A stretch of 64,000 bases of DNA from assembly GCA_002309575.1 (NCBI GenBank), contig DBXP01000004.1, positions 4,077 to 68,076 of the forward strand, written 5' to 3'. Below are positions 57,469-64,000 of this stretch, one piece after another. The translations under genes and the position numbers were made by a program. Under the pieces are notes generated by a model. It was not told the DNA's origin and did no database searches. It worked only from the letters and a program-made list of their open reading frames with translations. The stretch's first letter is position 1. Each line of letters opens with the position of its first letter. Source of the DNA: a bacterium UBP6_UBA1209 (GTDB lineage: Bacteria; UBP6; UBA1177).

Positions 57469-58329
57469 ATGCTAAAAAAAATCATTGTTTTATTGGTTTT
57501 GGCGACCCTTTTTCCTGCCTGCTCGCAAAAAGAGGCAGAGGCAGATAGATCAAACAATGTCTGCAAAAAAATCGTCAGCACTGCTCCAAGTATCACAGAG
57601 ACACTCTTCGCGCTTGGTCTTGGCAAAAATATAATCGGTGTTACTGAAAACTGTCTTTACCCGGAGGAGACGAAGAGCATAGCAAAGGTCGGGAAGCATC
57701 TGGATGTCGGCAGTGAAGCTGTTCTGGCGTTGAATCCGGACACGGTTTTTGTCCTTTCGATCAACGCGCCGCTTGAGCAGAAACTGAAGACTTTGGGTGT
57801 AAATTCCGTTACTCTCAAGCAGTCTACGCTTGATGATTTCTTTAATTCGGTTACACAGATCGGAGAGGCGTGCGGAGTGCAAAAAGAGGCAGAAGAGCTC
57901 AACAGGAGAATTGCCGGCAGGCTTTCTGATTTTTCTAAAAAGAGCAGCCTGACTGATCGAAAAAAACGTGTTATGGTTGTTATCGGGCGCGACTATTACG
58001 ATTTCAGGATCAAAGATGTTTATATCGCCGGAAATGACGGTTTCCTGAGTGAAGTTATGAAGCGGACGGGCTTTGAGAATGTCTACAGCGGCTCGATAGC
58101 CTACCCGAAGATCCAAGTCGAAGGGATCATTGCGCTCAACCCTGATGTGATAATCGACGTAATTCTTGTGCCTATGCAGCCATATCAGTTGGAAAACGCG
58201 AAAAAACTCTGGTCAAAGCTTCCGGTCAATGCCGCAAAAAATGACGAGATTTATATAAAGACAGAGGAATTTTGGACAATTCCCGGACCTCGGATCGTTG
58301 AAATTGCCGAGGAGATGAAAAATTTGTAG
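57469..58329 (+). CDS. ABC transporter substrate-binding lipoprotein, TroA/BtuF-like (cluster A/Peripla_BP_2)
   Basis: Lipobox LFPACS. KKIVSTAPSITETLFALG start typical of the Fe3+-siderophore/cobalamin SBP fold. 286 aa. Confidence 0.75.
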   Translation: MLKKIIVLLVLATLFPACSQKEAEADRSNNVCKKIVSTAPSITETLFALGLGKNIIGVTENCLYPEETKSIAKVGKHLDVGSEAVLALNPDTVFVLSINAPLEQKLKTLGVNSVTLKQSTLDDFFNSVTQIGEACGVQKEAEELNRRIAGRLSDFSKKSSLTDRKKRVMVVIGRDYYDFRIKDVYIAGNDGFLSEVMKRTGFENVYSGSIAYPKIQVEGIIALNPDVIIDVILVPMQPYQLENAKKLWSKLPVNAAKNDEIYIKTEEFWTIPGPRIVEIAEEMKNL

Positions 58330-58383
58330 AAACCAATTTAAAAACCGTTATTTTATACTGTTTTTAGTTCAGAAAGGTGCAAA

Positions 58384-59262
58384 ATGGGCAATTTGATTGA
58401 ACTTATGAAGAAAGAAAAGGCAACTATTGAAAAATATTTGGATCTCTATCTTGAGTCGCTCCATATCCAGGGTGTTTTGCATGATGCGATGAAGTATAGC
58501 CTGAGTGCCGGAGGAAAGCGCATCCGTCCCTTTCTGGCGATCGCCGTATCCCAGCTTCTGGGTAAATCCCGCGAACTTGTGATGCCTTATGCCTGCGCAC
58601 TTGAGTTTATCCACACTTTTTCGCTTATTCACGACGATCTTCCGGCTTTGGACAACGATGATTTGAGGCGCGGAAAACCTAGCAACCACAAGGTTTTCGG
58701 TGAGGATATAGCTATTTTGGCCGGTGATGCGCTGAACAGCGACGCCTTTTCTGTACTTTTTGAGTTCGGTGAGGGAAATTTTCAAAAAGGCGGACGCTTT
58801 TTTGCCAGAGCTGTCGGCGGGCGCGGCATCGGGATCGGTCAGACAAAGGACTGCACTATTCCTGAGAGCGAACGGACCGTCGAGGTCCTTGACGACATAA
58901 ACTACTATAAAACGGCAATGCTTTTGATTGCCGCAACGGCCGGAGCTGCGGCATGGCTCGATGCCTCGGATGAAAAGATCGCTGCTCTTGATGAGTACGG
59001 CAGGCATATCGGACTGGCATTCCAGATAACGGACGACATTCTGGACGTAACCTCGACTCCTGAAGAGCTTGGCAAGGGTGTCGGTGTCGATGCCATGCTT
59101 CACAAGGCGACCTATCCGGCTCTGATAGGTATTGAAAAATCGCGTGAAGTGGCGGCACGGCATGTCGATTTGGCTGTAAAGTCTCTTGAAGTGTTTGAAA
59201 AAAACGACTGGCGTGATGCACTGGGCGATGTGGCTACATATATTTTGAACAGGTCAAATTGA
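58384..59262 (+). CDS. ispA: polyprenyl diphosphate synthase (FPP/GGPP synthase)
   Basis: First DDxxD (LIHDDLPALDNDDLRRG) and second DDxxD (ITDDILD). Confidence 0.9.
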   Translation: MGNLIELMKKEKATIEKYLDLYLESLHIQGVLHDAMKYSLSAGGKRIRPFLAIAVSQLLGKSRELVMPYACALEFIHTFSLIHDDLPALDNDDLRRGKPSNHKVFGEDIAILAGDALNSDAFSVLFEFGEGNFQKGGRFFARAVGGRGIGIGQTKDCTIPESERTVEVLDDINYYKTAMLLIAATAGAAAWLDASDEKIAALDEYGRHIGLAFQITDDILDVTSTPEELGKGVGVDAMLHKATYPALIGIEKSREVAARHVDLAVKSLEVFEKNDWRDALGDVATYILNRSN

Positions 59263-60314
59263 TGGAAAAACTGGTAATTCCGGATTCAGTAACGATAGAA
59301 ACCGGTGAAGAGGTTTTCGGAAACCTTGCCGCCGAGATGAAAAAGGGCGGGGAGTTCGAGCTCGAAACCGAAAATCTCAAGCTTAATTCCATTACCAAAG
59401 CGATAATCCGCCGCCTCTTTGATGAATTTCCGGAAAAACTGGTCGTTCCAGAAAAACTAAAGAACGAGATTTTTTATCCGAAAGTCGAGCTCGCTCAGGA
59501 AACAGTTGAAAATACTGGACAAAACGAAAAACAGACACTTTCTGAGGGCTTGGGCGGGGCACTTCTGAAGCTCTGGGATATCATTCTTTACTTCTGCGTG
59601 ATCATGGTTGACATGATCTTTTATTCGATCCAGTCGATATTCAACAGAAAGTTTATACTTAAAGATGATACAACTAAAAATGCCTATTATATCGGATATC
59701 TGGCTATCCCGATCGTCTTTTTGCTCGCCTTTCTGATCGGATTTACGATAGCTCTCCAGGCGGCGATCCAGCTTGCCAAAATGGGCGGTCAGAGCATGAT
59801 CGCGCTGATGAGCACGATGATCATGACAAAAGAGCTCGGTCCTTTGATAACTGCAATTATTATTGCCGGCAGAACCGGAAGCTCCATTGCCGCAGAAATC
59901 GGTACGATGGTAGTAATGGAGGAGGTCGACGCGCTCAAAACGATGGGGGTCAAGCCGCTTAAATTTTTGCTTGTTCCGAAGTTCTGGGCATTTACGTTTG
60001 TTATGCCTGTCCTTACGCTGATTGCCGATATAGCGGGTATTTTCGGCGGTTTTGTTATATCTTCCGCCTATAGTATTCCGGCCTCGGCATTTCTGACAGA
60101 TCTTGTTGACTCGCTTCAAATGAAGGATATCTGGTGGGGAACTGTCAAGAGTATCTCTTTTGCCTGGGTAATTCTTGCAGTCGGCAGCTTCAAAGGGCTC
60201 AATGTCCGCGGCGGAGCCGATGCTGTAGGACGAGCCACCACAGAATCCGTTGTTGTTTCGATATTTATGGTTGTTGCTATAGACGCGGTATTTTCTCTCT
60301 TCCTTTATACGTAG
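59259..60314 (+). CDS. mlaE: MlaE-family ABC permease with ~100-aa N-terminal cytoplasmic extension
   Basis: MlaE signature GPLITAIIIAGRTGSSIAAEIGTMVVMEEVDALKTMGVKP. No mlaF or mlaD adjacent. Overlaps the ispA stop. Confidence 0.75.
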   Translation: MMEKLVIPDSVTIETGEEVFGNLAAEMKKGGEFELETENLKLNSITKAIIRRLFDEFPEKLVVPEKLKNEIFYPKVELAQETVENTGQNEKQTLSEGLGGALLKLWDIILYFCVIMVDMIFYSIQSIFNRKFILKDDTTKNAYYIGYLAIPIVFLLAFLIGFTIALQAAIQLAKMGGQSMIALMSTMIMTKELGPLITAIIIAGRTGSSIAAEIGTMVVMEEVDALKTMGVKPLKFLLVPKFWAFTFVMPVLTLIADIAGIFGGFVISSAYSIPASAFLTDLVDSLQMKDIWWGTVKSISFAWVILAVGSFKGLNVRGGADAVGRATTESVVVSIFMVVAIDAVFSLFLYT

Positions 60315-60355
60315 CGGAAGCTACCCGCCGGCAACTTGTCGATTTTCATGGGTAT

Positions 60356-63031
60356 TTATTTTATGACTTTCCACTTTGAAGGGTCTTTTATATCGGAGAA
60401 CTTTTCAATCCGGTAGTGTTCGATAGTCTTGTGCTTAAACTTTCCCTGCTTTTCGAGCCGCCATTCTATGTCATAAAGGTTAAACGGGAATATGTTGTCC
60501 GGATCCTTCAGCGGTTTGCCGGAGTAGGGGTTGACGCCGTCGATTATTCCTTTCATGGCAATACTCGGTACACTGGCTTGAGTCATGAACTTGTTGTCTG
60601 TTTTGATCTTCCCCTGAGCGTTGAAGTCCTTGACTAGAATGACGTTGTTAAAATACGCTGGATGAGATGCTTTGCGAGAATTCGGGATTCTCTTCTTTTT
60701 GAAAAACGGGTCGTATACATTTCTGCCGTGGTCTGAGACGATTATGATCCTTGTGTTATCGTAAACGCCGTTTTCCTTCATCCACTTCAGCCACTTGGCG
60801 ACAAGCCTCATTGCCGTTGCATCCGTGTAAAGATGCTGGACTGCGCTGAGCTGGTTCCCGACTTTTTTCATAACTTTTCTAGGATATTTCAGGTTCCCTG
60901 TCGGATTCAGTTCAAAGTTGCTGTCAATCGAATATGGCTCATGAGGCAGCATGTTGGTTATATAATAAAATTTGTTTTTCTGCTCGCTTGTTGTCGCGGA
61001 CATCTCCGGATAGAGATCAAGCGATGCGTATGTCTGCAGGGACGTCTTCAGCTTATTGGGATGCCGGAGGTTGTAGTAGTAAAAATCAGGATCTTTTTCA
61101 AGATTTGTATCTCCCTCTTCAAGTATTGTGTGCCATTTTCCGTCATCGTAGATTGCGGGTCTGAGCCACTCTGGAGCTGTTCTGAATATTCCGAATGCTA
61201 TCAGCAGCTTTCGTGTGCTTGCAAAAGTGTCGATAAGCGTGCGCTGGTGTCTCTTAAGCCAAAAATCAGTCGTAAGATCATAATCAAGGTCAGTTACGAC
61301 AGTATTTCCGAGGAATTCTTTGTTCTCTTTGTCGAAGTAGTTTGCATTAGTATAAAGAGTTGTATCAAAACCTGCCTTGTTAAAGTTGTATGGTGTTACC
61401 CTTAAGCTCTCATCAAGCTTGTTTGCCAGAGGTTTTTTATCTTTCCGCTTGTTGATTGCGTAAACTGTGTAATCCCAGCCCCCTAGAATCGGCGGTACGC
61501 CTCCTACGGTGTAGCTTGCCTGGGAGAGAGTGTTACTGTACCAGGTAAAGCCCTGAAGCTCTGACTTTAGTTCCGGCATGAATTCAAGTATTTGAGGCAT
61601 ATATCCGCCGATAAAACGGTCAAGCATCAAAACGATTACATTTTGACCTGTCCGGGTTAGAGTGAAATATTTCGGAAGCTCGTTTGGCGCAGAACTTTTT
61701 ATTGTATTGTCTTTATCTGAGCTGCGGACGGAATGGTAGATCCTGGCTTCGTTTATCGAGAAGAGAGCCAGTGCGATCATTATCACGGTTAGAACCGGTT
61801 TCAGTACTTTTTTGCCGATTTTTTCTGCAAAGAGAACAAGCAGAACAAAAAAAACAGCAAATAAAAGCGTAGAGATCCAGGATTTGAAGCTCAGGTAAAA
61901 CTCAGAGTTTTCAAAGACAAAGTGGCTCATGTCGCCGTAGTCGCCTGTAAAGAGAAAGACGTTCAGGAGCGTGCAAAAGAGAGCAGAAACCGCAGCGACT
62001 GAGAGATAACGCCTTGCTTTTATTGATGTCTCCTTGTATACGAAATAGATGGTAAAGGAAAAAACAGTCGCGAAAACAGTCAAAAACGGCAGAAGTTCAC
62101 TGATGTTTTCCGTAAAGTCTCCCTTTGCGCCTGAAGCCATCAGGGCAAGCGGTACAGCGATGAATGCAAGGAGCGAAAAGTTGAGCGCGGACAGCAAAAA
62201 GAGAGAATCGAAGATCCGTGTTTTTTCGGAAGATCCTCCGTTATTCGTTGAACCGATTCTCGTTTCTCCTGAAATTACACCGTTTTTATAAATTTTAGAG
62301 TAAACGATGTTTTTCAGAAGACTGAAAATATTGTTGCAAGTCCAGTAAAACAGTAGTGCGCTTGGGGATTTGTAGAGTAAAACCAAAAAGAGGAAGGCGA
62401 TCCCGTAGAGCTGGATCTTCTCCTTGAAAGATGTTTTTTTTGAATAAATCGTTGTTGAAACAAGATTTATCGCGGTCATGACGAAAGGCATGATGTTGAC
62501 TGAGAATCTGCCTATTTTAAGAAGTCCGTCCGGTTGGCTGAGATCCTTGAAGATGAAGGCGGAGGTGCCGTTGAAGCCTGAAAAGTGCGACAGCAGATGA
62601 TACGCCGCAAAGAAAAACGGGATTTGGATCAGTAGTCCGACAGAGTTTCTGACGGCCATGACCGGATGGTAGTGGTTTTGCCGGTAAAGTGTTCTTATGT
62701 AGCTGTTAAGTGTCGCTCCTTTGTAGACAGCTTTAAAATCGGCGATTTTAGGAGCAAGTTTTTTTTGGATAGCCCGCTCCCTGTCCTGCCAGGTCTCAGC
62801 CATGTGGTAAAACGGCAGCGAGCCGAAGCCTACGCATAGCGAGACGGATATGAGTGCTGCGATGTAATTGCCAAAAATTTCGATCGATTGCGCGAGGACG
62901 AAGTCCATCACGAATTCGATTGGGAATATGAAGATATCGTAAATAAATCTCAACATTGCCGGTACCTGATTCTTTAACCTCATAAAATAAAAAGAGGAGC
63001 GGTAGCTTATAAAAAAGAAAATATTAGGCAA
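60356..63031 (-). CDS. fusion protein: YidC/Oxa1-like insertase core (N-term) + polytopic membrane region + LtaS/sulfatase-like (alkaline phosphatase superfamily) ectodomain
   Basis: N-terminal ~250 aa aligns to the YidC C-terminal core (GLLIQIPFFFAAYHLL; IFKDLSQPD; PSALLFYWTCNNIFSLLKNIVY). C-terminal ~410 aa is sulfatase-like (VIVLMLDRFIGG...IIIVSDHG). Single 891-aa ORF, AT-rich. Confidence 0.75.
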   Translation of the reverse strand: MPNIFFFISYRSSFYFMRLKNQVPAMLRFIYDIFIFPIEFVMDFVLAQSIEIFGNYIAALISVSLCVGFGSLPFYHMAETWQDRERAIQKKLAPKIADFKAVYKGATLNSYIRTLYRQNHYHPVMAVRNSVGLLIQIPFFFAAYHLLSHFSGFNGTSAFIFKDLSQPDGLLKIGRFSVNIMPFVMTAINLVSTTIYSKKTSFKEKIQLYGIAFLFLVLLYKSPSALLFYWTCNNIFSLLKNIVYSKIYKNGVISGETRIGSTNNGGSSEKTRIFDSLFLLSALNFSLLAFIAVPLALMASGAKGDFTENISELLPFLTVFATVFSFTIYFVYKETSIKARRYLSVAAVSALFCTLLNVFLFTGDYGDMSHFVFENSEFYLSFKSWISTLLFAVFFVLLVLFAEKIGKKVLKPVLTVIMIALALFSINEARIYHSVRSSDKDNTIKSSAPNELPKYFTLTRTGQNVIVLMLDRFIGGYMPQILEFMPELKSELQGFTWYSNTLSQASYTVGGVPPILGGWDYTVYAINKRKDKKPLANKLDESLRVTPYNFNKAGFDTTLYTNANYFDKENKEFLGNTVVTDLDYDLTTDFWLKRHQRTLIDTFASTRKLLIAFGIFRTAPEWLRPAIYDDGKWHTILEEGDTNLEKDPDFYYYNLRHPNKLKTSLQTYASLDLYPEMSATTSEQKNKFYYITNMLPHEPYSIDSNFELNPTGNLKYPRKVMKKVGNQLSAVQHLYTDATAMRLVAKWLKWMKENGVYDNTRIIIVSDHGRNVYDPFFKKKRIPNSRKASHPAYFNNVILVKDFNAQGKIKTDNKFMTQASVPSIAMKGIIDGVNPYSGKPLKDPDNIFPFNLYDIEWRLEKQGKFKHKTIEHYRIEKFSDIKDPSKWKVIK

Positions 63032-63136
63032 AAAAAGCCCGGAAAGTTTTTTGCCTGCATTACTTAATTGACTGAAAGGAATAAATTTTTATACTTATCC
63101 GCTGATTCTTTTGTGATCTGATTTTTGGAGGTTGAA

Positions 63137-64000
63137 TTGAATAATAGGCAGTTGACCGGAATGTTGGTTAAACGGGGGATAATTTCGCTTCCGGAGCTAA
63201 AATCTTTGGAGGAGCTCTCCTTCGAATCAGGCGAAAGTATTAAGGATATTCTCTTTAAAGAGAACCGTCTCAACGAAAACCAGCTGGTCGATATTCTCAG
63301 TGAGCAGTACAATGTTCCCAGGATCGATCTCTCCGAAATAGAGATCCAGCCTGAGGTTATTGCGCTGCTGAACGCTCAGATAGCTTTGCGATACAATGTC
63401 ATTCCGATTTCGAGAATAGGCAATGTCCTGACTGTTGCGATGTCGGATCCGTCCAATATGAACGCGCAGGACGATATCAAGTTCCTGACCGACTACAGCA
63501 TTGAAATAGTCGTTGCATCGTCAAGCGATATCGATGCCGCAATTGAAAAATATTACGGCGCGAAGGCTTTGCAGGAGCAGGAGTCAAAGAAACACGCGGA
63601 TCTTACCCTCGATATGGAGGCTCTTATCAAAGAGATGGACAATGTCGAAATCCGCGAGGTAAATCCTGATTTTGATGAAGGCTCCAGCTCTCTTGAGGAG
63701 ACTTTGAAGGATTCCGAGGAGGCGCCGGTCGTAAGGCTTGTTCACATGATCCTGCTCGATGCAATCAAAAAGAAGGCATCGGATATCCACGTTGAGCCCT
63801 ACGAGGTCGGTTTCCGTGTCCGTTTCAGAATGGATGGTGTCCTTTACGATGTCCTCCATCCGCCTCGCAAAATGATGGATGCTATCATCGCCAGATTCAA
63901 AGTCATGGCGAACCTTGATATCGCAGAAAAGAGAGTCCCGCAGGACGGACGTATCAAGATCAAGCTCGGTAAAAACGAGGATATGGACTTCCGAGTCTCG
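63137..64000 (+). CDS. GspE/PilB-family secretion ATPase (type II secretion / type IV pilus), 5-prime partial within window
   Basis: MshEN/T2SS_N-like N-domain (MLVKRGIISLPELKSLEEL) then VVRLVHMILLDAIKKKASDIHVEPYE...RVPQDGRIKIK. TTG start with GGAGG SD. Runs off the window end. Confidence 0.85.
   Translation, partial: MNNRQLTGMLVKRGIISLPELKSLEELSFESGESIKDILFKENRLNENQLVDILSEQYNVPRIDLSEIEIQPEVIALLNAQIALRYNVIPISRIGNVLTVAMSDPSNMNAQDDIKFLTDYSIEIVVASSSDIDAAIEKYYGAKALQEQESKKHADLTLDMEALIKEMDNVEIREVNPDFDEGSSSLEETLKDSEEAPVVRLVHMILLDAIKKKASDIHVEPYEVGFRVRFRMDGVLYDVLHPPRKMMDAIIARFKVMANLDIAEKRVPQDGRIKIKLGKNEDMDFRVS

Overview
This is a 64-kb bacterial chromosomal segment of roughly 50% GC with dense, mostly co-directional housekeeping operons. 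I cannot name the organism. The repertoire (DUF1566/Fib_succ_major-type and LVIVD beta-propeller lipoproteins, MlaE, a SurA_N-like gene) suggests a diderm, FCB-group or Spirochaetota-like lineage.

Content in order:
1. A tightly coupled folP-cdaA-cdaR-cysC operon, followed by an amidohydrolase, a DUF1015 gene and a DUF1566 lipoprotein gene.
2. A visibly AT-richer minus-strand block: an MmeI-family Type IIL restriction-modification enzyme, a giant multi-DUF1566/EGF-like lipoprotein and a DUF4143 AAA+ ATPase with 33-bp tandem repeats in its promoter.
3. bcp and an ABC exporter (minus strand), then a 984-aa LVIVD beta-propeller lipoprotein.
4. A complete dcw cluster, mraZ-rsmH-ftsL-ftsI-murE-murF-murD-ftsW-murG-murC-murB-ddl-ftsQ-ftsA-ftsZ. 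It conspicuously lacks mraY, and its MurG is very divergent.
5. An AT-richer accessory cassette right after ftsZ. It holds an MNT/HEPN toxin-antitoxin pair, a Sel1-repeat secreted protein, a TAATG-coupled pair of tiny ORFs and an acidic-linker lipoprotein, organised by a duplicated promoter and a duplicated leader.
6. purD-engB-SurA_N-like-parA (orphan ParA).
7. pta-murJ plus a polyamine locus (membrane-fused spermidine-synthase-like protein and pdaD).
8. tRNA-Val-thrS-infC-rpmI-rplT-IHF-tRNA-Pro.
9. surE, DUF368, rph, DAHP synthase, an ABC substrate-binding protein, ispA and an orphan mlaE-like gene.
10. An unusual YidC-core/LtaS-sulfatase fusion protein and the start of a GspE/PilB ATPase.

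No CRISPR array, rRNA, transposase or integrase was recognised.
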